A stretch of DNA of 64,000 nt from Candidatus Cloacimonadota bacterium (GCA_030600585.1 JAUVLU010000001.1:57071-121070), one strand, 5' to 3'; shown: positions 40,733-51,235, counted from the first letter of the stretch. Notes: generated by a model from the sequence alone, not told the origin. Numbers and translations are program-made.

Positions 40733-41053
40733 ATGAACTTTGTTATTTTTGATGATGAGAAAAGAAGCAATTTTTTTCCCATCACTTTAACACGTTCTAC
40801 AGGTGATATAAGAGTTGGAATCCTCAAATTACGACAGAGAATTTCAAGTTATTTTGATTTATCTGAGACTAATGATCATTCTAAAACAGGGATTAATTCA
40901 ACAATTGATGCCGGAACGGTTATCGGTATCGGGTGTAATCTGTTTGAATTAGGCATGATAAAGAAACATATATCTTCTTTTAATTTTGGAACAGAATCGG
41001 AAAAAGAGCTTTACAGTAAAATCTATAAGAAAGTTTTTCGATCAATATCTTAA
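40733..41053 (+). pseudogene. Internally deleted GlmU-like putative sugar nucleotidyltransferase
   Basis: N-terminal FFPITLTRSTGDIRVGILKLRQR joined directly to C-terminal DHSKTGINSTIDAGTVIG.GCNLF; only 106 aa. Confidence 0.65.
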
Positions 41054-41083
41054 TAAAATAGATTGGTTTATAATGGAGTTATA

Positions 41084-41920
41084 ATGCAGGAATATATAAA
41101 AATATTGTTTCGAACGGGAAGAGAGGGTTACTATCTTAATAATAAAGAATATAATATTCAACCCGATATGGATGTAATTGTTAAAGTTGAACGTGGTGAA
41201 GATATTGGGCAAATAGTGAACTGTGCAGTGCAGCTTGACCAGATAGATAATAAACCTGAGGAAAAAGAAATAACATCGATCAAACGTATTGCAACCGAAG
41301 CAGATATTAAGCAATTGGAAATTGTAAAAAAGAAAGAACTAGAGACTGAAAAAAAATTCCGTGAAATGTTAATAAAACAGCCATTCACAATGAAACTCCT
41401 GCAGACAATCTATCAACTTGATGGAAATAAACTTACGTTTTTCTTTTCAGCAGATGGCAGGATCGATTTCAGAGATTTTGTTAGAGAGCTTGCATCCGAG
41501 TTTAAAACAAGAATTGAATTACACCAAACATCAGGCAGGGAAGATGCCCGTAGATTGGGTGGACTGGGAATGTGCGGTAAAACCTACTGCTGTGTAACTT
41601 TCCTGAAAAAATTCAATCAAGTTACAATTCAAATGGCAAAAGATCAAAATTTATTAAGTAATCTTTCAAAAATATCAGGACCATGCGGCAGATTGCTCTG
41701 CTGCCTGCATTATGAAGAAGATTTCTATTTAAAGAAATCGGAGGATTTTCCTGAGTTGGGACAGGTAGTTAGATATAATAATAAAAAAATGTATGTGGAA
41801 AAGAATGATTATTACAATAATCGCATTAACTTAATAGATGAGGACCATGAGCGTTTTATTGTTACTTTGGAAGAATTTAATAAAATAGAACAACAAAATA
41901 ATGATAAGAAACGTTCTTGA
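41084..41920 (+). CDS. ricT: PSP1-domain regulatory Fe-S protein RicT/YaaT
   Basis: FSADGRIDFRDFVREL, TRIEL, GGLGMCGKTYCC, KISGPCGRLLCCL.YE. Confidence 0.9.
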   Translation: MQEYIKILFRTGREGYYLNNKEYNIQPDMDVIVKVERGEDIGQIVNCAVQLDQIDNKPEEKEITSIKRIATEADIKQLEIVKKKELETEKKFREMLIKQPFTMKLLQTIYQLDGNKLTFFFSADGRIDFRDFVRELASEFKTRIELHQTSGREDARRLGGLGMCGKTYCCVTFLKKFNQVTIQMAKDQNLLSNLSKISGPCGRLLCCLHYEEDFYLKKSEDFPELGQVVRYNNKKMYVEKNDYYNNRINLIDEDHERFIVTLEEFNKIEQQNNDKKRS

Positions 41921-42929
41921 TCTATTACCCGAAGAGTTAAACCAGTGTTTGTTAGATATTGGAGAGAAAGAATATAGGGCAAAGCAGATCCTTAACTGGG
42001 TCTATAATAATTATACTACAGATTTTAATGAGATGACATCTCTCTCAGAAACACTCAGAAATAAGCTTCAAAATATTCTGAGCAATTCAATTCCTACAAT
42101 TATTACAAAAAAAAGTTCTAATGATGGAACTACAAAATATCTACTTTCTCTGCAAGATGAAAATAACATCGAAATGGTTATAATTCCTAATGAGAAAAAA
42201 AATACGCTTTGCATTTCATCACAAGTTGGATGTGCCAGAAAATGTAAGTTCTGCGCAACAGCTAAACTTGGCTTAGAACGTAATCTAAAAACGCATGAGA
42301 TCACGTCACAAGTATTTCTTGCTATCAAAGAATTGGGTGACGATAAGCTTACTAATATCGTTTTCATGGGGATGGGTGAACCGCTGGATAATTTTGAAAA
42401 TGTGGTTAAAGCTATTAGAATTTTGCAGCATGATCTCTGTTTTAATTTCAGTCCGAGAAGAATTACTGTTTCAACCTCAGGTGTAATACCACAAATAGCA
42501 AAGCTTGCTGATACAGGATTAAAACTTAAGTTAGCAGTCTCCCTTAATTCTGCAATTCAATCCAAAAGAGAAATACTAATGCCGATCAGCAAGACCTTTC
42601 CATTATCCGAACTAAAAAAAACCTTGATAGATTTCAGAAAAAAAACACCTTATCGTATTACGTTCGAGTATGTGATGATAAAGGATTTTAATATTGGACG
42701 TAAAGACGTGAAAGCACTTTTGAAATATCTCGGTGATATTTCGTGTAAATTGAACGTGATAAAATGGAATAAAGTTGATGACCTTCCCTATGAGACACCT
42801 TCAACGCGGGAGATCGATAGATTTATAAATTCGATGAATATTCTGAGTTCTGCCGTAACTTTTAGAAAAAGCAGGGGTGCTGATATAGATGCAGCCTGCG
42901 GACAATTAGCAGCAAAAAATGTTCATTGA
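41901..42929 (+). CDS. rlmN: 23S rRNA/tRNA m2A methyltransferase RlmN
   Basis: CISSQVGCARKCKFC, FMGMGEPL, STSG, DAACGQL. Confidence 0.97.
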   Translation: MIRNVLDLLPEELNQCLLDIGEKEYRAKQILNWVYNNYTTDFNEMTSLSETLRNKLQNILSNSIPTIITKKSSNDGTTKYLLSLQDENNIEMVIIPNEKKNTLCISSQVGCARKCKFCATAKLGLERNLKTHEITSQVFLAIKELGDDKLTNIVFMGMGEPLDNFENVVKAIRILQHDLCFNFSPRRITVSTSGVIPQIAKLADTGLKLKLAVSLNSAIQSKREILMPISKTFPLSELKKTLIDFRKKTPYRITFEYVMIKDFNIGRKDVKALLKYLGDISCKLNVIKWNKVDDLPYETPSTREIDRFINSMNILSSAVTFRKSRGADIDAACGQLAAKNVH

Positions 42930-42943
42930 AATAAGGAGTGATC

Positions 42944-43774
42944 ATGAAGAATTTTGACATCGGTAAACTTGCTAAAATGATCGATCATACTGAATTAAAA
43001 TCTAGTTCAGGAGAGAAGAAGATCAAGAACCTGTGCGATGAAGCTAAGCAGTATGGATTTATCTCAGTATGCATAAATCCGGCAAACGTGAAATATGCAA
43101 AAGAGCAATTGGAGGGAAGTGAAGTTATAGTTTGCAGTGTTGTTGGTTTTCCCCTGGGAATGAATACGAGCGGGATAAAGGCATTAGAAGCTAAAAAAGC
43201 TGTTGAACAAGGTGCATCTGAAATCGATATGGTAATTAATGTCGGCGCACTGCGTGACGGCAAATACGATTATGTTCGAGATGATATAAAACAGGTTGTT
43301 CAGGCAAGTGCTCCTGCTCATGTAAAAGTAATTTTAGAAACATGTTATCTTACTGATGAAGAAATTGTAAAAGCTTGTGAGCTTTCGGTTGAAGCAGGTG
43401 CACATTTTGTAAAAACATCAACCGGATTTGGAGCCTTTGGTGCTTTTGAACATCATGTTAAACTAATGCGCAAAACTGTAGTACCGGATATTGGAGTAAA
43501 AGCGTCGGGAGGCGTTTCCAACTTTAAAGATGCAATGAGAATGGTAAATGCAGGTGCAACAAGATTGGGAACAAGTGCGGGAATCGTAATTCTGGAAGGA
43601 GCTAAATTATTTAAATATGCTCCCGATGCGTGGCTTGAACCGGAAATCCCATGTCATATCTGTCCTGCCCGAAGTGCAAATATGGCGAAATTACCTAAAG
43701 CATTATATCAATATTATAATAAGATGTGTATGAATTGTGAACACCGTGAAAAATATAATAGATTCTACGAATAG
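42944..43774 (+). CDS. deoC: Deoxyribose-phosphate aldolase with Cys-rich C-terminal extension
   Basis: IDHTEL, VGFPLG, EIDMV, KVILET, FVKTSTGF, VKASGG, RLGTS; tail CHIC...CMNC. Confidence 0.95.
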   Translation: MKNFDIGKLAKMIDHTELKSSSGEKKIKNLCDEAKQYGFISVCINPANVKYAKEQLEGSEVIVCSVVGFPLGMNTSGIKALEAKKAVEQGASEIDMVINVGALRDGKYDYVRDDIKQVVQASAPAHVKVILETCYLTDEEIVKACELSVEAGAHFVKTSTGFGAFGAFEHHVKLMRKTVVPDIGVKASGGVSNFKDAMRMVNAGATRLGTSAGIVILEGAKLFKYAPDAWLEPEIPCHICPARSANMAKLPKALYQYYNKMCMNCEHREKYNRFYE

Positions 43775-43785
43775 GAGGTCGGAAT

Positions 43786-45555
43786 ATGAATGGATGGATG
43801 AATAAAATAGTTGAAATAAACCTCAGCACGGGAAAACAGAAGACCTTGATAATAGATGATGATGTAAGAAGAAAATTTATCGGAGGAAGAGGTCTTGCCC
43901 TGAAATTATATACCGATATGTGTTCAGTAGATATTGATGCATTTGATGAAGATAATGCACTGATATTATTAACCGGACCATTAACTGGAATAATACAAAC
44001 AGCAGGACGCTATCAGGTTACTTCCCGTTCTCCACTTACCGGAACAATTATGGATTCAAGTTCCGGCGGATTTTTCGGTGCAAACCTGAAAAAAGCGGGA
44101 TTCGATGGACTGGTTATAACCGGAAAAGCAGATAAACCTGTTTACCTTAAAATAACAGAAGAAGGTATCGAGATCAAAAGTGCCGAACATATTTGGGGAA
44201 AAAATACGCACGAGACTATGAAGATGCTGCATGATACATCATCTTCTAATATTTCTGTAGCTTGTATTGGACCTGCCGGAGAGAATCTGGTTCCATTCGC
44301 CTCTATTATGAATGACAAAGATAGAGCTGCCGGTCGCGGCGGGATGGGTGCTGTGATGGGATCTAAGAATTTAAAAGCTATTACTGCTTTTGGGGAAAAA
44401 GAGGTTTCGGTCAGTGATCCTGAAGGGTTAAAAAAAATAATCTCAACCATAAATACATTAATAGATAAAAATCCTGTTACCGGAAAATCATTACAACTAT
44501 TGGGAACTGCCGGATTAGTGAATGTTATCAATGCTTTCGGGATGTTCCCAACCGAAAACTTTAAACGTGGAGTTTTTAATGATGCTGAAGGCATAAGCGG
44601 AGAGAAGATAGCCGAAACGATCTGTACCGGCAGAAGTGCCTGCTTCAAATGTCCTATTGCTTGCGGAAGAAAAACCAAAACCGAAAACCGAGAAGGTGAG
44701 GGTCCCGAATATGAAACAATATGGGCATTTGGTGCGCAATTAGGCATTAATGATCTGGAAGCCATAACCGAAGCAAATTATACATGTAATGAATTAGGTA
44801 TAGATACAATAACAACCGGAAGCACGATTGGGTGCGCAATGGAACTTTATGAAAAAGGAGTTTTCCCCGAGAAACTTGAATGGGGAGATTCTTCCAACCT
44901 GGTAAAGCTTGTGGAAGATATTGCCTATAAAAGAGGTATTGGGAAAGATCTGGCACTTGGTTCTAAGAAGTTAGCTGAGAAGTATGGAAAACCAGAACTG
45001 GCAATGCAAATTAAAGGTATGGAAATTCCTGCTTACGATCCGCGTGGAGCGCAAGGGCAAGCTTTGTCTTATGCTACTTCAAACAGGGGTGGTTGTCATA
45101 TGCAGGGTTATTTAATTTCACCGGAAGTACTCGGATCACCAGCTTTTATGGATAGATATTCAATTGAAGGAAAAGCTGAGATCGTCGCTTTGTTCCAGGA
45201 TATTTCTGCTGCTGTCGATACGCTTGTACTCTGCCGATTCCTGCAATTTGCCATTAGTATCGATACCTTTAAGGATATATTGAATATCGTTACCGGATTG
45301 GATTACACAGAAAATGAACTACTTAAAGTTGGAACAAGGATCTATAATCTAGAAAGAAAATTAAATTCAGAAGCCGGTTTCTCGCGTAAAGATGATATGC
45401 TGCCTTCCAGATTTTTGAAAGAAAAATTAACTGAAGGCGCTTCAAGAAACAGAGTTGTGCAGATCGATGAAATGCTGGATAGATATTACAAACTTCGCGG
45501 TTGGGATGAAAATGGAATTCCCAAAGATGAAACGTTGAAGAAACTAGAAATTTAA
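43786..45555 (+). CDS. aor: Tungsten aldehyde:ferredoxin oxidoreductase
   Basis: SPLTG, IGPAGE, AGRGGMGAVMGSKNLK, CFKCPIAC, PEYET, DPRG, RGGCH, YY.LRGWD..GIP. Confidence 0.93.
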   Translation: MNGWMNKIVEINLSTGKQKTLIIDDDVRRKFIGGRGLALKLYTDMCSVDIDAFDEDNALILLTGPLTGIIQTAGRYQVTSRSPLTGTIMDSSSGGFFGANLKKAGFDGLVITGKADKPVYLKITEEGIEIKSAEHIWGKNTHETMKMLHDTSSSNISVACIGPAGENLVPFASIMNDKDRAAGRGGMGAVMGSKNLKAITAFGEKEVSVSDPEGLKKIISTINTLIDKNPVTGKSLQLLGTAGLVNVINAFGMFPTENFKRGVFNDAEGISGEKIAETICTGRSACFKCPIACGRKTKTENREGEGPEYETIWAFGAQLGINDLEAITEANYTCNELGIDTITTGSTIGCAMELYEKGVFPEKLEWGDSSNLVKLVEDIAYKRGIGKDLALGSKKLAEKYGKPELAMQIKGMEIPAYDPRGAQGQALSYATSNRGGCHMQGYLISPEVLGSPAFMDRYSIEGKAEIVALFQDISAAVDTLVLCRFLQFAISIDTFKDILNIVTGLDYTENELLKVGTRIYNLERKLNSEAGFSRKDDMLPSRFLKEKLTEGASRNRVVQIDEMLDRYYKLRGWDENGIPKDETLKKLEI

Positions 45556-45577
45556 TTTATTATGAATTATTTATTCT

Positions 45578-45690
45578 TTGTCATGGTGAGCCCTTCGACT
45601 CTGCTCAGGACAGGCTTGGACGAACCATATTGATGATAATTTTGCCCTTCGTCCTTCCCCGATAAATCGAGGCTCAGGATGACACAAGCT
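45578..45690. repeat. REP-like inverted pair (TGTCAT..TGAGC / GCTCAGGATGACA) with nested inserts
   Basis: tgtcatggtgagcccttcgactctgctcaggacagg ... cccttcg...gctcaggatgaca. Confidence 0.65.
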
Positions 45691-45734
45691 CATGACAAAA
45701 ATAATTATAATATTGTTAACAAAAAGGGAAAAAG

Positions 45735-47372
45735 ATGAAAATTATTTTAGCCGGATATAACATAGATAAAAGTTTAATCGATAAACTTCCAAAACAAGAT
45801 ATAGCCACACCGGAAACTATATCTGCTGCTTATGCGCGAATAAGCCGCGACCCTCGAGATGTTCCCGAACTTAGAGCAGAAGCACGAGATCAGGTAAAAA
45901 AAGCACGCAGATCGAATAAGGCTATTGTATTTGGAATGAGCCATCATTCTGTAGCGGAACATGCCTATTTTAATTTTGATATTCTTCAAATTTCGCGTTT
46001 GGCATTGGAAGAATTAGAAGCACGCCGGATAGGGGCTGCTTACACAGAAAAATCTCAAAGATACATTACATTGCAGGGTGATTTCGTGATTCCAAAAGAA
46101 TTTAATGAAGAAGATGCGAAGAAATTCCGTAAACTTGTGGAATTCCAGAATGATTTCTATTTACAGAACCTCCAAAAACTAACTGATCATCAATTTACTT
46201 CCAATCCTAACTTAGCAGCAAATGCCCGTATAGCAACTGAAAAAGGTACTTCCGATAAAATGAACCGCGACAAAAATACGTTGGAAGGTTGGGCAAAAGA
46301 AGATGCGCGATATGCTCTCAGTTTAGCAACTCAGGCACAACTCGGCTTGTCATTCAATGCCCGGACCTTGGAACATGCAATTCGCACAATGCGGCATTCC
46401 GAATTAATCGAGTGCCGTGAACTATCCCAAAAATTATATAATGTTACAAAAGATGTTGCTCCATCCCTTATAATTCTAACTGATCCTGATGAATTCAGGA
46501 AAGCTTTTAAAACAGATCTCCATGACGATAATTTCAAATTTACAAAATCTAACTTGAGAATATTAGTTAAAGAAATAATGAATAAATATTCAGGAAAATC
46601 ATTACAGAAACAACCTGAAATTATTGCAGACACTTTTGAGAAATTAATTATAGAAAATGATGTGGATAAGAATATATTAACTGCAATAATTCATAATAAT
46701 TCAAAGCTTTCCATTGATAAATCTTACCGGATTGCAATTGAGATATTATCAATGAAAGATGAAGGAAAAAAATTCTTTGAAGAAGTACTAAAGTACATCT
46801 CTGCCTTCGATCCAATACCTCGTGAATTTGAATTTACCGGTGATCTTAAGTTTGAACTTGTGGTAAGTGCCAGCAATTTCGCTCAGTTAAAACGTCACAG
46901 ACTAATGACCCTTCTATCTCAGGATTATGATCCAACTTTGGGAATTACCATGCCTGCTTCCATCAAAGCAATTGGAGCTGAAAATGGTTTAAATGATGTG
47001 TGCAGTAGAAGTGAAGAATTATATAATGAGTTTTTACCAAAATATGGGAAAGCTGCTGAATACTGCCTTACCAATGCTAATCGACGTAGAGTGTTGATAG
47101 CCGCTAATCCGCGAGAACTTTATCATTTTTCACGCCTGCGGGAAGATGCTCATGCCCAATGGGATATAAAAGAAACAGCCGGCAGAATGATGAAACTGGC
47201 AAAAAAAGCTGCGCCGCTTTCGTTTATGTATTCTGGTGGAAAAGATACGTTTGAGAAGGTGAAGAAAGAAACAAACTTAACACAGAGACATCAGTCTTCG
47301 TCCCGAATAGCGGGACTACGCCCTGACAGGCAGAGACATCAGAGAAGTAAAGAGACAAAGAAAAAGAAATAA
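45735..47372 (+). CDS. thyX: FAD-dependent thymidylate synthase, tandem ThyX-domain form
   Basis: YARISR, HHSVAEHA, EKSQRY, EDARY; second half QLKRHR, RELYHFSRLR...AQWDI. Confidence 0.88.
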   Translation: MKIILAGYNIDKSLIDKLPKQDIATPETISAAYARISRDPRDVPELRAEARDQVKKARRSNKAIVFGMSHHSVAEHAYFNFDILQISRLALEELEARRIGAAYTEKSQRYITLQGDFVIPKEFNEEDAKKFRKLVEFQNDFYLQNLQKLTDHQFTSNPNLAANARIATEKGTSDKMNRDKNTLEGWAKEDARYALSLATQAQLGLSFNARTLEHAIRTMRHSELIECRELSQKLYNVTKDVAPSLIILTDPDEFRKAFKTDLHDDNFKFTKSNLRILVKEIMNKYSGKSLQKQPEIIADTFEKLIIENDVDKNILTAIIHNNSKLSIDKSYRIAIEILSMKDEGKKFFEEVLKYISAFDPIPREFEFTGDLKFELVVSASNFAQLKRHRLMTLLSQDYDPTLGITMPASIKAIGAENGLNDVCSRSEELYNEFLPKYGKAAEYCLTNANRRRVLIAANPRELYHFSRLREDAHAQWDIKETAGRMMKLAKKAAPLSFMYSGGKDTFEKVKKETNLTQRHQSSSRIAGLRPDRQRHQRSKETKKKK

Positions 47373-47396
47373 AAAACGCCCCGGTAACGGGGCGTT
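47371..47396. terminator. Probably bidirectional intrinsic terminator
   Basis: aaaaaacgccccg-gtaa-cggggcgtt. Confidence 0.75.
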
Positions 47397-47446
47397 AAAG
47401 AATATTCATGCAAAATTAAAGTCACTATTTAGTACCAAATATCCCA

Positions 47447-47539
47447 AATATTCTGGTTTCCAAGCCCCAGCTTGGAAACCTTCTCATTACGTTGATTATT
47501 TGTATCCAAGCTGGGGCTTGGATACAAGAGCATATGACA
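47447..47539 (-). repeat. About 93-bp double-hairpin element, copy 2 (inverted relative to 29904-29996)
   Basis: Reverse complement matches copy 1 with a few substitutions. Confidence 0.9.
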
Positions 47540-47731
47540 TTACTTCATCAACAGCATTTGGATATTTAACAAGTACGTGGCGGGAATAAATTGCGTTCCC
47601 AATATCCCGAAAATTTCGGGAGGAACGAGAAATGATTCACCAATTTACCAACCTTGAAAGTGTCAAGCGAGGAGAAAATTTGAAAGAAACATTTTCAAGG
47701 TTTATTCGCCTTGGAGGAGTGAACGAGCTAC

Positions 47732-47766
47732 AAAAATAGCCCCTCAGTTTGCACCGAAGGGCTAAA
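47732..47766 (-). terminator. Intrinsic terminator of the minus-strand C25 gene
   Basis: Minus strand tagcccttcggtgcaaactgaggggctattttt; near-identical to about 33590-33625. Confidence 0.75.
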
Positions 47767-47779
47767 TCGTTCGCAAGAT

Positions 47780-50700
47780 TTACTTCATTAGTAGCATTTT
47801 TTTCTGATATTCTTTTGTGTTTGTAATGAGTTTGTAGAAGTAAACACCAGAAGATACTTGTTTACCATTTGCATCTTTTCCATTCCAGACTATTGAATGA
47901 TTACCTTTTTGAAAATGATTTTTTGTAAGTGACTTAATGTGTTGACCTTTGATGTTATAAATTATAATTTCAATTTCATTTTCTTCAAGAATAGAAAAAG
48001 ATATTGTAGTAGTCGGATTAAACGGATTTGGATGATTACTTAGAAGAAATTTAGTTGAAACAATTTCATTATCATCAATTCCGTCTCTTGTTCCTCCACC
48101 AGTATTAATAATACTAATATCATCGAATGCAAATCCATCCCTATCGAGATATCCGCTAATCGGATAGTTATCGTACTGCTGAAATTTAATGACGAAATGA
48201 GATGATAAATTCAAATTGTAGGTTGAAGCTAAATCTGTGATATTTAATTCAATTTCTTGCCATGTTGTTGAGCCTTCACACAATGAATGAACTTTTGTGA
48301 AATTTGCACCAGCATCATCTGAGAAATAGACTCCATCGGTTGAGTGAGTTTCATCGTTGAATTCTTTCCACCAGAATGACATTTCCGGTGAATTATATTG
48401 AGAAAGGTTAAGATGGAGCATAGCCGAGTTTGTAACAAATTGCATTGCTGTACTGGAATCCATTGTTAAATGACCACGGCCTTCATAAGGTAAAAACTCA
48501 CTTGTACAGTGAATCCTGCCATAACTATTGCTAGATTCTGTTGTCCAATATTCATCTAAGCTACTATTGAAATCAATGGCATACGGCAAATTATCATAAT
48601 AAACCGAATAAACAGATATATCATCAAAAGCAAATCCATCATTTGTAATTGAGCAATTATCATATTGTTGAAATTTTATCACAAAGTTACTTGTGTAGTC
48701 TAAACTATAATATGTACTTAATGTATCGACATCAAGTGTGATCTCTTGCCAGGTTGACGATCCTTCGGTCAAGGAGTAGACTTTTGTGAAGTTTGTACCA
48801 CCATCATCTGAAAAGTAAACACCATCAATAGCGTGAGTTTCATCGTTGAATTCTTTCCACCAGAAATTTAGTTCAACTCGATCCTCATCAGTTAAATCTA
48901 AATGCAACCAAGCTTCATTTGTTACGTATATACCTGTTGTATCACAATCCATGATCAGATGCTTACATCCACCATGAGGTGAATATTGATCTGTGACTAA
49001 AGTTCTACCATAATTATTACTGGAGTGCATTTCCCAATTATAATCAATACCGTTTTCGAAAGTCATTGAATAGGGTAATCCTGTATAATCTTTTAGCTCA
49101 GAGTAAGTGTTTCTTGCCTGAATGAAATTGGGCGCATTTGATGTAATTACCGAAGTGGATTCGATCCTGCCGCTATAAGTATATGGTGATGCACCTTTTC
49201 CCATGATTGTACCTGAAGAACTTGTAACTACAATTTCTGCATCTACCTCAACACCGGAAGAATTTAAGGATGTAAATGTATATCCAAGTTGAATACTACC
49301 ATGAGCTAATATCGTTACAAGTTGCTCAGCTTCAGCGGACCAAACATCCATACTGGGATCACCAAAAAGTGTGTAACCAAAATACAATTCTCGCAGGACT
49401 CTGGAAGTATCTAACCAATTAGATACTCTATCCCAGCTTTCTCTCGTAAGATAACCAAGCTTACTAAAACCATTATCAAATTGCAGATCAAAGTATTCTT
49501 CTACTATTCTATTACTGAAATATGGATAATCTAATGTGGAAGATGTATTGATGGCTATAGGACCACCAAGCTCATTAAAAAAAACTTCCGAGATGCAATT
49601 CTCATCATTATATACTGTGTCTGGTATTGAATTAGCCCAGTACGGATATCGTTCACCAGAAATATCATAATTCATAACTATAGTATCTCCTATACCTCTT
49701 TGAACTGGAATCGTAGAACTCCACCGCTCAGTCTCTAAGTTACCTGAATGACATGCACCAATCCATGCGACATAGGAGGGTCCTAAACTAGTATATAACT
49801 CATCCTCGAGCTGATAATAATTTTCTGCAGGTCTACTATAATAATATTTATATTGATTTATATGTGGTCCCGACAGGATTTTATCCGAATACCAACATCT
49901 TCCTTCATCCACTGCAATATTGATTATGGTAATACATTGATTATGATTATCAAAATTATTCTCAAACCATTCGTTATTCCTATCATATTCCGAATCAAAA
50001 ATAGCATACTGTGATGCACCCGCATGCCACATTCCATAAAGGAAACTGTAATCACGATCATAAAACATATCAAGGATCGGTTGACCACAACCATTAACCT
50101 CATCTACCAAATCGTAATTATAAAGGACATCGGTTTCAATATTTGCATCAAGATTATCCATTATCTGATCGATACAATAATTATCTGCCATTGCTCCTGG
50201 ATATTTTTGGACATTTGTAGCAATAAAAGCCATTCTATCTGTATTCTCAGTACAGTTTGTTCGATAATTCTTATACTTGTTATAGAATTTAAAAATCTCA
50301 TATGCATTCCTGACCGGTACTCTGCCAACATAAAGATCAGGTTCTAATTCAATTTCCATAATGTCATTATCTGCAGGCCAGGTGGAAAGAACATTACTGT
50401 AATAAAAATCTGTAGTTGCAGGATAACTTTCACCGTTTTCAATATATTCAAAGCTCCAAATAGGAACTATATTCTCGTCACCACCGATCAGAACGTAAGT
50501 TAATGCCGGAAAATATAATTTTTGGATTGTTAACCAATTACGGATTTGGGAAGCAGTTAAACCTGTAGTAGTAGTTGATACAATTTTGGTTACGATACCT
50601 TCTTCATTTTTGAGTTGGGCAAAATTTTCAAAATCGTCCACAAATTCTTCACTTGTTATGATCACCATCTCCGTATCTAAGTTGCGATTTGGAAGCGGTT

Positions 50701-50911
50701 CTTCACTTACAATCGGTTTTCTTATTTTCATATCTTCTAAAAATTGTTCCACTATTTTCTCATCATTAAAAACTTTCATCAATTCTTTTTTCTCCACTTC
50801 TTCATAACTATCATAATTTATTGCCATAATCAGGTTTGCCACTAACATACAAACCAGTAATATCAATATCTTTTTTCCCGATATATCGGGATTAATCATA
50901 GATTTAAACAT
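47780..50911 (-). CDS. C25 gingipain-like cysteine peptidase with two tandem beta-sandwich repeats and C-terminal sorting domain
   Basis: VLIGGD, TDFYYS, DLYVGRVP, WHAG (His), GACHSG (Cys), LFGDPSM; repeat FWWKEFNDETH..DGVYFSDD.G.NFTKV twice; CTD NHPNPFNPTTTI...KMLLMK. Confidence 0.85.
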   Translation of the reverse strand: MFKSMINPDISGKKILILLVCMLVANLIMAINYDSYEEVEKKELMKVFNDEKIVEQFLEDMKIRKPIVSEEPLPNRNLDTEMVIITSEEFVDDFENFAQLKNEEGIVTKIVSTTTTGLTASQIRNWLTIQKLYFPALTYVLIGGDENIVPIWSFEYIENGESYPATTDFYYSNVLSTWPADNDIMEIELEPDLYVGRVPVRNAYEIFKFYNKYKNYRTNCTENTDRMAFIATNVQKYPGAMADNYCIDQIMDNLDANIETDVLYNYDLVDEVNGCGQPILDMFYDRDYSFLYGMWHAGASQYAIFDSEYDRNNEWFENNFDNHNQCITIINIAVDEGRCWYSDKILSGPHINQYKYYYSRPAENYYQLEDELYTSLGPSYVAWIGACHSGNLETERWSSTIPVQRGIGDTIVMNYDISGERYPYWANSIPDTVYNDENCISEVFFNELGGPIAINTSSTLDYPYFSNRIVEEYFDLQFDNGFSKLGYLTRESWDRVSNWLDTSRVLRELYFGYTLFGDPSMDVWSAEAEQLVTILAHGSIQLGYTFTSLNSSGVEVDAEIVVTSSSGTIMGKGASPYTYSGRIESTSVITSNAPNFIQARNTYSELKDYTGLPYSMTFENGIDYNWEMHSSNNYGRTLVTDQYSPHGGCKHLIMDCDTTGIYVTNEAWLHLDLTDEDRVELNFWWKEFNDETHAIDGVYFSDDGGTNFTKVYSLTEGSSTWQEITLDVDTLSTYYSLDYTSNFVIKFQQYDNCSITNDGFAFDDISVYSVYYDNLPYAIDFNSSLDEYWTTESSNSYGRIHCTSEFLPYEGRGHLTMDSSTAMQFVTNSAMLHLNLSQYNSPEMSFWWKEFNDETHSTDGVYFSDDAGANFTKVHSLCEGSTTWQEIELNITDLASTYNLNLSSHFVIKFQQYDNYPISGYLDRDGFAFDDISIINTGGGTRDGIDDNEIVSTKFLLSNHPNPFNPTTTISFSILEENEIEIIIYNIKGQHIKSLTKNHFQKGNHSIVWNGKDANGKQVSSGVYFYKLITNTKEYQKKMLLMK

Positions 50912-50979
50912 TTTTTACCTCCGTAAATTTGTTTTGTCTTTCTGAGGAATTCTTCATAGAATGATCATATGAAGAATCT

Positions 50980-51201
50980 TCATTTCATAAATTTTCTTAA
51001 GTAAATCATAATTATGTTTTCTCGATAAGAAACTAATCTCAAAGCTTGGAACATATTTGATTTCCTTTTGAAAACCCCTTTTGAATAAGCCAAAGGTTTA
51101 CCTATCTTAGGCTGGCTTATAAATCTCCCATTATAAAAGGGAGCAAATTGGAATTTGAAATCAAATACATTTTCCATTAACGATTTAAAATTAATTTTCA
51201 T
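50980..51201 (-). other. Small ORF of doubtful coding status, containing nested palindromes
   Basis: GGAG upstream, but no recognisable domain; contains ctccctttt..aatgggag and ataagcc[..]tttggcttat palindromes. Confidence 0.25.
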
Positions 51202-51235
51202 TTGCCAATAACTCCATAATGATTAAGTTGTAAAC

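Noticed and set aside
48100-49080. Internal repeat in the C25 gene as a DGR template/variable pair
   Set aside because: Both copies are in-frame protein domains, differences are not adenine-specific, and no reverse transcriptase is present
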